DNA of 64,000 nt from Octopus vulgaris (Eukaryota), in contig OX597823.1 in the NCBI GenBank assembly GCA_951406725.2, positions 62,930,001-62,994,000 of the forward strand, in the 5' to 3' direction. Shown here piece after piece: positions 13,725 to 27,662 of the stretch; position 1 is the first letter of the stretch, and each line of letters starts with the position of its first letter. A program made the position numbers and the translations under genes. Under the pieces are notes generated by a model, which searched no databases, was not told the origin of the DNA, and saw only the letters and a list, made by a program, of their open reading frames with translations.

Positions 13725-14158
13725 TACACATAAATTTTTCAAACTGATACGCTCAAAACGTACTCTTAGCGACATCAGTTCTGTTGTCATGGGGATACTA
13801 TTTTCAAGACATAAATTATGATAGTACCCTTTCGTTATCTAGCGTAAAACAAAGACTAGGCGAAACTGAAGTTTTTATTGATGAAAGTGCTAAGAATGTT
13901 CTAGTTACTGGTAATCACCTGAAACGTACGTATTAAATGCATTTAAAGTATCATTTTGGCTTCATTATTATTATACATTATACGACTCTATGCATGTACA
14001 AGCTACTCACTCCTAACTCCACTCACACGGATAATTTAAGAAGGATTTAGAGAGGTTTCTTGTTTGACTCGAGTCGGAACTTCTGTAAATGTGCATCGCT
14101 TCTAAGCATAGCACGAATCATATATACATATATATATATAGTTGTGGAAGGATTCCGG

Positions 14159-14251
<93 letters not shown>

Positions 14252-14255
14252 TATA

Positions 14256-14633
14256 TCTTTATATATAAAAGTGAGGTTGTGTGCTGTTTATCTCCTACGA
14301 TTTAGATTCCTAGCTACTCCCACATTTTGCGGTGCAGTTTAACCAAAACTGGGTATCTTATAGTCGTGATTCATATAGAGCCCTTCTGGGTATTAGCGCG
14401 CGTCTACGATGAGTCTACGATTTAAAAAAAAATTTACCATCAATTTTTCACATTTTTAATGCATTTTTGGCATATATAAGGGAAGTAACTCTCTAAAAAC
14501 GTAAAAAGCTACAGTAATACAACCCCCCTTTGTGGTTAGCCATATTGAGATGGCTATTATACTTTACATCTCTAAAAATGCTTATATAGTTATTTCCCTT
14601 ACAAACCCGAGCAACGCCGGGCGATACTGTTAG
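14256..14633 (+). mobile_element. non-autonomous Helitron-like element
   Basis: a|TCtttatatataaaa start, 3' hairpin cccg-agcaacgc-cggg, end ctgTTAG|t; same 3' end as the copies at 47370-47399 and 57775-57840. Confidence 0.7.
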
Positions 14634-14911
14634 TTAGAGATAAAACCACTATTAGGCAAATCAAACAGTGAAAAACATAAACCAATACATAAAAATAAAT
14701 ATAATTGATATAATATACAAAATATATAAAATATAAAATTTAAAATTTAAATTATTTAAATTTAAAATTTAAAATTTATATTTATAATTTTTTTAAAAAA
14801 TATATATAACTATCAAAAAGTATTAAAAAGTTTAATATAAGATAAAAAGTAATATATATAAAGTAATAAGTATATAAGATAATAAGTAATATATATATAA
14901 AGTAAAAAGTA

Positions 14912-15157
14912 AAAAGTAAAAGAGTCAAAAGGAAGAGTAAGTAGCGTTAGGCAGCTTTTTAATTGCTACGGATGTTTTGATACATACACATCCTCGTATA
15001 TACAGGATTTAAAGTTAAGTTTAAATTAAATTATGTAGCGATTTACTTGTATAACTTTAAATCCTGTATATACGAAGATCTGTATGTATCGAAACATTTG
15101 TAGCGATTAAAAAGCTGCCTAACCGTACTTACTCGTCCTTTTGACTCTTTTACTTTT
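14912..15157. repeat. imperfect inverted repeat (~105-bp arms, 34-bp spacer)
   Basis: aaaagtaaaagagtcaaaagg...caggatttaaagtta / taactttaaatcctg...ccttttgactcttttactttt. Confidence 0.85.
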
Positions 15158-15304
15158 CTTTTACTTTGTATTTTCACACGCGAGGAATACCTAAGACTAG
15201 AATTGGTTGCATACCATAAGAATACTACCGGCTATTTGGGAATTCTAAGGGTGAACGAGATCTATTTGTACTCATATACGTTCTTAACAGAACACACTTC
15301 AACT

Positions 15305-15376
<72 letters not shown>

Positions 15377-15381
<5 letters not shown>

Positions 15382-15543
15382 GTTAATCCAAACAAGAAAG
15401 CACAAAAAACACAATAACGCGAGGACGTGGAACAAATATAGTATTATTGGACGCTCAGGAAAGAAGGAGGGTTTAACGCTTCGAGCGGATCTCTTCGTCG
15501 GAAACATAGGAGAAGGAAAGATCCAGAGAAGGGAAGACAGAGG

Positions 15544-15547
<4 letters not shown>
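15377..15547 (-). mobile_element. 5'-truncated PLE 3' end with hammerhead motif (15471-15505), (TA)n on both sides
   Basis: minus strand gttt-CCGACGA-agaga-tcc-gctc-GAAG-cgtt-aaac...gtttggattaacttt. Confidence 0.75.
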
Positions 15548-15592
<45 letters not shown>

Positions 15593-15593
15593 T

Positions 15594-15758
15594 ACGACAG
15601 GCTTCTTTCAGTTTCCGTCTACCAAATCCACTCACAAGGCATTGGTCGGCCCGGGGCTATAGCAGAAGACACTTGCCCAAGATGCCACGCAATGGGACTG
15701 AACCCGGAACCATCTGGTTGGTTAGCAAGCTACTTACCACACAGCCACTCCTGCGCCT
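15594..15758 (-). mobile_element. 5' half of composite CORE-like SINE
   Basis: reverse complement of ggctgtgtggtaagtagcttgc...ggaaactgaaagaagcc. Confidence 0.8.
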
Positions 15759-15934
15759 TTGTTTTGATGATAGTGAATTTACATTCTGAGTTCAAATCCT
15801 ACGGAAATCAACTTTACAATTCATCCTTTCGTGGATCGATAAAATAAAATACCAATCAAGTTCTGGGGTGCATATAATCAACTAACCTCCTTCATCTAAA
15901 AACAAATACTGGACTTGTGCTAAAATTTGTAGCA

Positions 15935-16023
<89 letters not shown>

Positions 16024-16066
16024 TATTATTATCATTATTATCATTATCGTTATTATTATTATTATC

Positions 16067-16155
<89 letters not shown>

Positions 16156-16160
16156 CATTA

Positions 16161-17603
16161 TTTATTGCTTTTGCACAGCTTCTAACGCTGGAGATGTACT
16201 ACAGTGTCAGCTGTTCACTACCAGTGAACTAAGGTAACACCTTTTATTTTTCGAGTACCTTGCGGAGTATTCAAGTGGTTCCAAGCAGTGCTGTTTTCTG
16301 CAAGTGCTCCACCCTTATTGCAACCCCTATTTGTTCCACGTACTTCTCGAGATTTTTTCTCACTGTTCTCAGGGCTCTGACATGTAGTGGTACCTTTTTC
16401 ATCGACCACAACTGCTTAACTCCCCAAGTTAACCTGTCATATCTCTCGACTTTTCTTTCTTCTTTATCGCATACCTTGTTGTCAACTGGGCATGATATGT
16501 CTATGATCCAGCATAGTTTGTTTTCTTTCTCAATTAAGACTATGTCCGGCTTACTATTCTCATTCTCATGGTTGCACTGAATCATAAAATCTGATAGGAT
16601 CTTTGCATTTCTATTTTCGACAATGCTTTCAGGTTTGTGGTCATACCAATTTTTTGCTCTGTCAAGTCCATACTTGTTGCAAAGTGTCCAATGGACAAGC
16701 CTGGCTATACTGTCGTGGGGTCTCTTATATTTCTTCTGGGCTAGTAGCGTACATTGGCTGGTAATATGCCATACGGTTTCGCCATTTTGTCCATAGAGTC
16801 TGCACTTGTCACTTTCTGATGTGCTGTCTATTCTGCATTTTACGTAGTTTGTTTTTAGTACTTGCACTTGGCCAGTACAGATTAGAGCCCCCGTTTCCGG
16901 TTTTAAATCCCTTTTAGTCATCCACAGCCATCTTTTTTCTCTGTCTGTCTTATCTTCAGCATCCCTATGAAATTGACCATGCATTCTTTTCTTTATACAC
17001 CTATTTTCAGTTTCATTCGTTTTCAATTGCTTGTATAGTGCTTTATTTTTGCAATCTTTCATCCTACACAAGCGTGACCTTCTTACTTCTAGCAATAGCG
17101 GTTCTGTGGAATTTTTTTTATTTACAATGCTATGTTGTTTTCTTCTGCTCTAATGCTGTGTTTGCATTCAATAAGGAGGCAAACCTCTTGTAACAGTTCT
17201 GCTGAGCACTCTATTCTAATTTCTTTTATATTCCTCTTGATGCCTTCTGATACTGTTCCCCAAAACCCAACAATAACTGGCGCTATCTTCCCCTTATTCA
17301 TTTTCCATAGCCGGGCTATTTTGTGCTTAAGAGGGTTGTATTTATCTAGCTTTTCTCCATCCTACTTGACTATTCGTATACATCAGTTATATAGCATATG
17401 TGGTACACCATGTCCACCACTAGCACAGGTCTGTTATGCTCTAGCACCTGATCTGTTTGGATTGGGAAATTCCAGAGGATTTTGCTAGTCTCCGACTCCA
17501 CCACTCTCTGCGGTTTGTGCTCATACCACGTCTTGCCTCTCTCTAGCCCCCACTTTTCACACCGGCCAAAGCACCTGACATTAGTTTCCACAGTAGTGTA
17601 TAG
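16161..17603 (-). mobile_element. R4/Dong-like non-LTR retrotransposon 3' fragments (two juxtaposed pieces): CCHC knuckle + restriction-like endonuclease
   Basis: ORF 16271-17095: KCRLY..ETVWHITSQC, PHD (RHD), KPDIVLI..WIIDISCP, LQKTALLG; second piece KILWNFPIQTD..HNRP; 3' end abuts (TAA)n. Confidence 0.85.
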
Positions 17604-17607
17604 TAAC

Positions 17608-18406
<799 letters not shown>

Positions 18407-18407
18407 A

Positions 18408-18466
<59 letters not shown>

Positions 18467-18482
18467 TATTATTATTATTATA

Positions 18483-19190
18483 TGATGAAATCTCACAATT
18501 TATTTTGTTGGGTATGATGGAAAGTGTCAGCTATCCACAGCCAGCAGACTGGGGACATTGTTTACTGGTCATGCTTAAAGAACCCTGCGAAGAATTCTTG
18601 CAGTTCCAAGCAACGCTGATTTTTGTAGGTGTTCTACATTCACACTTGCACCGATCTTTTTCAACCTTGTTAGTAGTTGAGTGCCGATACTTCCAAGTGC
18701 ACCAATTACCATTGGTACCACGTCTTACTCTCTTCATTGACCTCAACCTTCGTATTTCCCAACTTCAAATCGTCATTGTTGTTTATTTTTTCTTCTTCTT
18801 TCTCACTGATCCTGCTGTCACCGGGGCATGCTATGTCGATTATTATACATGTTCATTCTTTTTTATTAACTGCAACAACGTCTGGTTTCCTATGTCTGGT
18901 TGTGGATCGTTGCATCCCACAGAGTTTTGTAATTCTCATTTTCGGCAACTCCTTCTGGAGTTTGATCATACCACGTCTTTGCTTTTTGTAGGCCGTGATT
19001 TCCACAGAGCTCCCTAAGAATAATTCTTGCCACATTGTCATATATTCACGTTGTACCAATTTCGGGCATTCGCTAACGAAGTGCCATGCCGTTTCACCCC
19101 ATCCAGTCAATGTTGAGTGTAGCACCAACTTCCGTCTTCGGAAATAATCCATCCTCAGTTGTTCTTTCATTTCCTTTTCCATTATCTCGT
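18483..19190 (-). mobile_element. R4/Dong-like 3' fragment
   Basis: ETAWHFVSECPKLVQREY, HRKPDVVAVNKKE; 3' end at (TAA)n. Confidence 0.75.
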
Positions 19191-19192
19191 TG

Positions 19193-19258
<66 letters not shown>

Positions 19259-19266
19259 TTTTTTTA

Positions 19267-19401
19267 TTTTTTTAAAGTTAAATCAAAATACATGAGTAGT
19301 AATAGTTCTCACATCTACAATGTACATCACACGTATTGAGAAGAGCATTGTCGATGTGAGAACTATTACTACTCATGTATTTTAATTTAACTTGAAAAAA
19401 A
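19267..19401. repeat. inverted repeat (~55-bp arms, 23-bp spacer)
   Basis: aaaatacatgagtagtaatagttctcacatc / gatgtgagaactattactactcatgtatttt. Confidence 0.85.
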
Positions 19402-19784
19402 AATTAACGAACTAGTGAGTTTAGTTTAATGGCCTACCAATGTATACTATGAGTTTCTTTGCCCTAGGAGTCGGGAAGACACTCGGCAAGAAATGGAAGC
19501 AAATTTGAAAGAAGAAGAAAAAAAAAGATAACAATAATAATAATAATAATAATTGAACCAGTTGAAGACACACGAGATATCGAAATATCGTTCACTAGAT
19601 AACAATGGCACTCTTCTTTTAATTTTGACTCTATATCTTCAGGAGGAGTTACCTCAATCCTTTATATATTAACCAAAATGAAGTAGATTGACAAAATTAT
19701 TTTTTGAACCAGTTGAAGACACATGAGATATCGAAATATCGTTCACTAGATAACAATGGCATTCTTCTTTTAATAATAATAATG

Positions 19785-19925
<141 letters not shown>

Positions 19926-20150
19926 TTCATATACACACAACAGATTAGGCTGTTGGAAAAGAAAAAAAATCCTGACATTGATCTACAAGTAATCTTAGAT
20001 GCCAAGAACCCTCCTAAGTATCCTTGCTGTCCCTAATAACACTGTTTTCTGCAGCTGTACTAAGCTGGGTTTTATGCCTATTTCGTCTATCCATCTGTTC
20101 AGATCTTTAGGGATAGTTCCCAATGCTACGCAACAATGTTATAATTTTCG
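19926..20150 (-). mobile_element. short R4/Dong-like 3' end
   Basis: minus strand reads approximately VALGTIPKDLNRWIDEIGIKPSLVQLQKTVLLGTARILRRVL; tail at (TAA)n. Confidence 0.65.
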
Positions 20151-21964
20151 ACAGGTAGTTAGGTGAAAATTCAATATTATCTAGAGAACAGGTAAACTTT
20201 TTCAGTAGTATTTATAAATGCCTACACAAGTAATCTGAAAGACTAGAAATCACAAATAACCTGTAGCAAGATGATACTGGAAATTCATCCAGGGCTTTTC
20301 AATGGACGTAGACTAGAGTTTGTTAATTTACATCATAAGTGTATTGAAGGTTTGTTAATAAGTGAAGCTTTGCCATGTCGGTGAGTATTGATACCGAGAT
20401 TAAATCAGACACCTCGTGAATCAAATTTACCTTTTATTTTACAAAGAAATGTTTCCTATTTGATTAGCTTATTCAGTGACAATTAATTAGCGCGAAGCTA
20501 AAGATTTAATAAGAGGGATTCTCTTACCTCAAACAGCATTCAGTCATGGACAGCTGAATTCTCTATGGCTAGGAAACTAACTGGCGTTATTTATGGCGTA
20601 GCTAATTCCAATAGGCTAGGAAAACAAATAGGAAGTACTATCATTAAAAACATTGTGTGTATGAAAGTCTTAAAATGATGGTATAAATCTATGATAATGA
20701 CAATTGATGGTATTATGTTTCAAATGCAGTGTCCGATATGAATCTGATCTAAACTCATTCTAAAAGGATAAAATCGATTCGAATTTAACTACTATGGTTA
20801 TAAAGGTTTCTGCACGCAATGATAAAAAGCATTAGAATACAAAAATTAAGGTTTATTTTACCGTAAGTATTGAAAAAGTATCCTCTTCGTAATTATGTCA
20901 AAAATGTGATAGGACTTTCTTTCCAACCTAATAATGACACAAGCTAGTATAGCGTGCAATCTTTCAGGTTCAAAATACAACATGGATGCTTTCAAAGAAA
21001 AGTGAAAAAAACGAGAAAGAGCGAGAGAAAAAAGTTAGCGAAAAAAGTAAAACGGGAAAAAAGTATTGAGGGAAAGGAGGTGAGATTTGTATCCGTTTGG
21101 TCTGTTAGAATGGGAATTAACAATGGTTGGTGTAGTTAATTTGATGGAAAGGTTTAAGGCATGTGAGACTGAATTCCTAAACTGAAGAGGGTGGTCTTCT
21201 CCAGTTCGGTAATAGAAACTTATTGATATGCTAGTATTTAATGAAAATCTAGGATTCAGTAGGTTGGGGAAGTTCTTAGATTGACGAAGAAGAAGAAGAA
21301 GAAGAAGAAGAAGAAGAAGAAGAAGAAGAAGAAGAAGAAGAAGAAGAAGAAGAAGAAGAAGGAGGAGGAGGAGGAGGTGGAGGAGGAGAATAAGAATAAT
21401 GAGAAGAAGAAGGGTCAGCAGCATCCGTAGAAATTTTTCCAGCGTTTAACTCTTGAGATGTTGTGAAGTCCCCTTAGGTAGTATTGTTGGCTCAGTTGCA
21501 GGGGGAAAAACTATATTAATTCTCTTCAGTGTTGAGAGTTACCATTTTTATCTTTTAATTTTATGTTTACGCTAATAAGTCAACTCGATCTTGTTGACTA
21601 TGTGAACATACTGGTTCACTTCTCTTTGCCTTTCCATTGTGATAATGTTAAGATAATTAAAAATATGTTAAAAGAATTATGTATGTAGGAAACGCTTTGG
21701 GCAATCTTAACTACGGAACGGAATCGAACACATTATGATATTACTCTGCTGTGGAGCAACTATGCAAGCGTGGCTGTGTGATAAGAAGTTTGCTTTCCAA
21801 CCACGTGGTTTCTGTCCTACAGCGTAGCAACTTGGGCAAGTGTCTTCTACTATAACTCCATATCGACGAAAGTTTTGTGTGAGTGGATTTGGCAGTCAGA
21901 AACTGAAAGAAGCCCGCCGTGTATGTGTGTGTGTGTGTGTGTGTCTTTGTATTTGTGCCTCTAT

Positions 21965-22797
21965 TACCACATACATAATTCAGCTCGATTGAAGTCACAT
22001 TTTGATTGTAAACCACCTTCACGAACTAGGAAAAATGTCTAAATTCAGTCAGTGTGTCCCTCATCAACCGTCTGCTTCTCAGTCTAATGAAAGAGTTGTC
22101 TTCTGCTTGTTATTAGGGAGAAGGCTTGCTACTTAACCTTTTCTTGGTAGATTCCTCAAAATGAGAAAAAGTGGCTTCTCGATAACCATACCCAATGAAA
22201 TCAACAATGGTTTGCACCAAGGAGAATTCATCCCAAAACTACGGTTACAGTCGAAAAATAGTTACGCTCTATATTTGGCGGGATTTGAAGAATGCCATCT
22301 ATTATGAAGTATTAAACTATAACGGACCAGTTAGTAGGGAGAAGTACTATCGTCAAAAGGAAGCATTGCATAAAAAGTGCAGAAAAAGCGCTCATCGTTG
22401 GTCACTTATAAATGAACGTTACTCTTACGCGATAATACAAGACGACACATTTCATTTCCGTAGATACTCTGGAAAAGATCATGGCTCTAAATATGGCGGT
22501 GTTGCCTCATCTTCTTTACTCTCCTGACGTTGCTCCATCATATTACCATGTTTTCAGATCATTGAAATATTATTTAGAGGGATAACAATTGTGAAAAAGT
22601 TAAAAATGATATTGGTTGTTTCTTTGCTTCGAAACCCGAAGAATTTTTCCGCCCAAGGATCAAGGATTTGGAAAATAGCACAGACTATGTTATCAATAAT
22701 GAAAGGAGATACTTTGATGAAATATATGAAGTTCAAAAAAGGCTTTGTTCCTTCACCATTTTGAAAGCAACATGACTTTCTTTTCAACATAATGTAC
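21965..22797 (+). mobile_element. decayed mariner transposase fragment
   Basis: VPH, EKWL, LYIWRDLKNAIYYEVL and SPDVAPSYYHVF-like motifs across frameshifts. Confidence 0.7.
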
Positions 22798-22874
22798 ATG
22801 CATACAGCAATATATCATCTGTGTATATGTGTATGTGTGTGTATGTGCACACGCCTGTGTGTACGTGAGTGTAC

Positions 22875-22908
<34 letters not shown>

Positions 22909-23279
22909 TTCGCTAAAGAGTAGAAATCAAAGATATATCAGCCTTTACACTAGAAGAATAATATCAAACACACAAACGCACATTCGTATAGCTGTATCAA
23001 AATAAAATGATGGTGTAATCGATGAACATCTGTTGTAAAAAAAAAATGACAAACAAATGTATTGCAGAGAAAGCCAACATAGAGACCAACTGTTCAGAAA
23101 AAGAAAGATTGACTGATGTATTTTGTTGCGAGTTTGCAGCGGAAGGTTAGAGGCGGTATCCCGGGATGGAAGGTGCGTGCAACAAGCTGGCTCAGAAGAC
23201 GAGAAAACGTTGTAGTATAAAGAAGCAGTGAGAAGAAATAGTGCTGCAGTAGCTTGTTGTTGTTGCTAGTTTCAAGACC

Positions 23280-24895
23280 TGCGGTGAATGGCGTTCTGAC
23301 TGTAAATGCGTCAGTATGGACATGGAGCAATCACAATGAGTCATCCAGATCGTATCTAAATAGAGTATTTGTTAGGTCAGAGAATAGGGATATGAGTCAA
23401 TTACAGTGGCTAAAATCAACGCCGGCAAACCGTTTGGTTTGCGGTTGGACTCCTGGAGAGGCAAGACGATACTATCGGACGGCATCGTCGGATGCTGGAC
23501 CGACGGTCCAGTTAAAGTACTCGGAGTCTGGTTTGGTTCCAACCTCCATGTTGATAAGAACTGGGACGAGGTGGTGAACAGGGTAGCCAGTCTTACCCAG
23601 AGATGGTCTGAAAGAAAGCTGTCCCTGAAAGGTCGGGCAGATGTGGCGAAAGCTTACGTCGCCTCCGTTATCATTTATTGCCTGACCGTCGTGTCTGGTC
23701 CCGGTTACTGCTTGAACAGGTTGGAGAGTCTCTTATTTAAATTCTTGTGGAAGGGATGCGTTCCAATGACCAGGCGGCCAGTCTGTTGCCAGCACCCTTT
23801 GAGTGGCGGATTAGGTATGCCGTGGCTCCTAATACGCAGATACGCTCTTAGGTTACGCCACTTGCAGCGATTTCTGGGCGGTGAGCGCATGTGGGCTCCG
23901 TTTGTGACGGAGCTGCAGTACTGGGTGAAGAAAAGACCGAGGCTGGGTGCCTGGTACCTAGAATGTCAGGCGCTCACAACCTTAGTGACGGGGAAGTGCG
24001 AGGACGTTCTCGGGAATACTCTGGGCGCCGACGAGAAGGAACTGGCTAGTCTGTTCTGGAGGACTTTTTGGTCGGGAACTATCATGGACAATTTCCAGAT
24101 GTCCTTGGCCTGGCAGTGCTACCAGGGGCGGGGCGCTACCGGTTCGAGATAAACTCTATAGGCATGGATGTGCTGTCAGACGGACTTGTCCTAGGTGCTC
24201 ATAAAATGAAGAAACCGTTCTGCACGCACTCGTTTAATGTCCGAGCATTGCTGACTTGTGGGGTTATATTGAACAGCTGCTGTCACTTCTGGGACGGACC
24301 TGTCTGTCGACCGAGTCTGTAGCGATAATCGCACCGCCGCCCTCCTTCAATCAGGCAAGCAAAGCAGTTTACCCTTGCCTGTGGCGAAAGAGGTTATTTG
24401 GTGGACAAGGTTGAAATGTACGAGGACAGATACATTTCTCTTTGGCAGAGCTCTCATTAACTTTTTCAAGTTTCACTTGAAAAGGAAATTGAGACTGGAG
24501 AGGGAAGTGCTGTCCTCGAGTTAGTTTACTAAACGGTGGGTGAATGTTGCGAAAATGGGGAGAGTAGATTGTACCTCTCTAAGCGTAGACCTGTGAGTTG
24601 GAGAGAAGGAATTAGAGCGGGCACGTGCTCCTAGGGTTTCAGGTAAATCTCGGACAGTGGGAGTTCCTCGATTATCTCAAGAGGCCTGCATGTATCAGGA
24701 GGGCCACATCGCCATCATCCTCCCCGGATCTTTTTTATTTACCTTTGTATGCTATGCATATGCTCCTTCTTTTTCAGTGTATACCGAGTATATTCATTTT
24801 TTTAATCATTTCCTTATTATATCTAAACCCCCTACACTTTATGTCTCTCTCTATATTGTCTCCATCATCCTTCGCCATCGTGGCAAATCGATGAA
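23280..24895 (+). mobile_element. Tx1/L1-clade LINE fragment (endonuclease end, internal deletion, RT thumb, CCHC finger, 3' UTR) ending in (TTC)n
   Basis: WTWSN..SYLNRVFV; VKVLGVWFG..W..RKLSLKGRA; CPRC..EETVLHALV*C near 24185. Confidence 0.8.
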
Positions 24896-24940
24896 ATTCT
24901 TCTTCTTCTTCTTCTTCTTCTTCTTCTTCTTCTTCTTCTT

Positions 24941-25049
<109 letters not shown>

Positions 25050-25339
25050 GTAGTAGTAGTAGTAGTATTTGTCCCGCTATTGGGGATTCCTTTTATTTAT
25101 TTATCATTTATTTCTCTATTTTCTATTATATATCCTCTGTTGTATCCTTGAATGTGGTAGTAGTTCCCCTTGATCGATGTTAACTCCACATTTTTTGTAA
25201 TTTTTGTTTTGTTGTGTTTTTTTTTTTTGTGTGTGTGTTGTAACCCGTCCTTCGCAATTGTCCTCCATGTCTTGGGCCTTTGTGGCCAATAAAGGAAACC
25301 ATTATTATTATTGTTGTTGTCGGCGAGCTAAAACCTGTC

Positions 25340-26020
25340 TTGAGGACTCCGTTAGTTTAAATTTTTCTGGTGTGTTATTGAAGATTGTTGACTGTTACTT
25401 AACTGATTTTGTTTTCTGAATCCCTTTTGGTGTGCAGAAAGGGTTCTTTTGTTAAAAGTTCCCCGCCCCACTTTTAGGGGCGAATTATTGGGCTTATAAT
25501 CCTTTTTCAAAAAAAAAAATGTGTTTGCTTTTCGTGTTGACGATAAAAAATATGGCGTCCGACGTGAAGTGGAGTGATTCTGTCTGTTATAACAACCAGC
25601 ACACTGTTGATTTTCCCCCTCTTCACTGCACTAGCACGCACAGCAATACCACCACCACCACCAACACTATCAACAACAACAAAGAAAACCAAGAAATCAC
25701 CACTATTGTTCCTGAAAAAGAGGAGGAAGAGAGAAAGGAAAAAATGAATGACACCACAACCACGAACAGCAACAAATTTAGCGGCAGCGGTTTCGCCTCG
25801 GCAGCAAGGGGGTTGTTTAGGAAGGAAGGAAACAATGTCTTCCTTAATACCCCTCAGGAATCAATTAAGGAAACCAATAGAAAATCTGTGATATATAGAG
25901 TTTTAAACACCAAGAAGAAAAGAATAGAATGAGCCACCCAACAACAGTTGAAAATGGCGCTCGAACCAATTTGGATAATTAAAACTTACGTGACGAGAGG
26001 AAAGCGCTTTGGCACGGTTA
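25340..26020 (+). mobile_element. possible 5' UTR/ORF1 start of an L1/Tx1-like element
   Basis: ORF MASDVKWSD...SGFASAARG continuing past a stop; lies next to Tx1-like 3' ends; weak. Confidence 0.3.
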
Positions 26021-26022
26021 AC

Positions 26023-26171
26023 GTCAAACAACTGACAAGCAAATCTGTGGTATTGAACAATATTTGCTGTAGCCCATCTTTTATGTCAAAACAAAACAAT
26101 GTACATGATAACACTTGTAATCAGTTAGGATCAAACGCCATGAGAGCAAGTGCCTGGTACTGCATCAGGGC

Positions 26172-26211
<40 letters not shown>

Positions 26212-26766
26212 GAGTGAGAGAGCAGTTCATGCCATCAAGGTGACACTGGGGTAAAATATACGAAGCCCAATATACCCATCATGACTACCCGTCTGATAAG
26301 GGTACACCAGGCACATGCATCACAACCATATGTGCGAGACATGGTGATCTCATATCAAGGTAAACAGCACATGACCTTGCAGGTGGGGCCCAGTTAGAAT
26401 TTTCTTCAGGTCGAGTAGCCCATCCCGCTCAAAAGGTCCCTGAATAAGGGTTGTTTAAGGATGTTGAAAGAACTACCCATGTTTCCGGAGGTGAATTATT
26501 CAAACCCCAAAGAATCCCTCTCAACGCATGGCTATGATGCTCCCCCCACTACTTCTGCTCGTGATCAGAGATGCACATATTGTTAGCCACTAAGGGACAT
26601 GCTCAACTGGTTAAGGTCAAACAACTGACAAGCAAATCTGTGGTATTGAGCAGAATATTTGCTGTAGCCCATCTTTTATACCAAGACAAAACAATGTACA
26701 TGATAACACTTCCAATCAGTTAAGATCAGAATCCATGAGTGCCACTGCCTGGTACTGCATCAGGGC

Positions 26767-26770
<4 letters not shown>
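26023..26770 (-). mobile_element. (TAA)n-associated ~600-bp element: full copy 26213-26770 plus partial copy 26023-26173
   Basis: reverse complement of 17726-18322; (ATT)n on both sides. Confidence 0.8.
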
Positions 26771-26830
<60 letters not shown>

Positions 26831-26832
<2 letters not shown>

Positions 26833-27010
26833 GGCACGAGCTGGCAGAGTCGTTCACGCGCCGGGCAAAATGCTCAGTGATATTTCGCCACGTCGCTACG
26901 TTCTGAGTTCAAATTCCGCCGAGGCCCACTTTGCCTTTCATCCTTTCGGGGTGTCGATTAAATAAGTACCAGTTACGCACTGGAGTTGATGTAATCGACT
27001 TAGTTCCCTC
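26831..27010 (+). mobile_element. Nin/Deu-domain SINE
   Basis: family motifs as at 1841-2072. Confidence 0.75.
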
Positions 27011-27493
27011 CCCCAATATACTCTTATGGCAAACATTTTAAACTATTATTATTATTATTATTATTGTTATTATTATTATTCTACCTACCTACCCACCTAC
27101 GCACCTACCTACTTACCTACCTACCTACCTACCTACCTACCTACCTACCTACCTACCTACCTACCTACCTACTTGCATACATACATATGTACATGCACAC
27201 ACGTGTGCGTGTGTGAAGATTTGTCCTCTGTATTCTCATGTTTTCACAAAAGATGTCATTTATATGTGATGATCCGACCGTCGCCGGTAGTCTGCCTCAC
27301 AGCTATGGTAGGTAGCATCACATGTTGCTGTATTTCATTAATTAATTCATTCTTTCTTTCATTATGGGATTATGTTTGCATGTTGGAAATTTTCACACGA
27401 GCATAGACCAATTTTGTAAAAGGTGTGCCCGCCTACATTCACAAATGTTTTGCATGCTTGTACGTGCTTGTGATGTGTGTATATGTATGTATG

Positions 27494-27527
<34 letters not shown>

Positions 27528-27662
27528 TGTATGTATGTATGTGTGTGTGTATGTGTGTGTGTGTGTGGGTGTGTGGGTGGGTAGGTGGATGGGTGTGTGA
27601 GTACGTGATGGGTGCGCGCATGTGTGTGTGAAAGCGCGCGTATATAATCCAAAGTATAGTTA

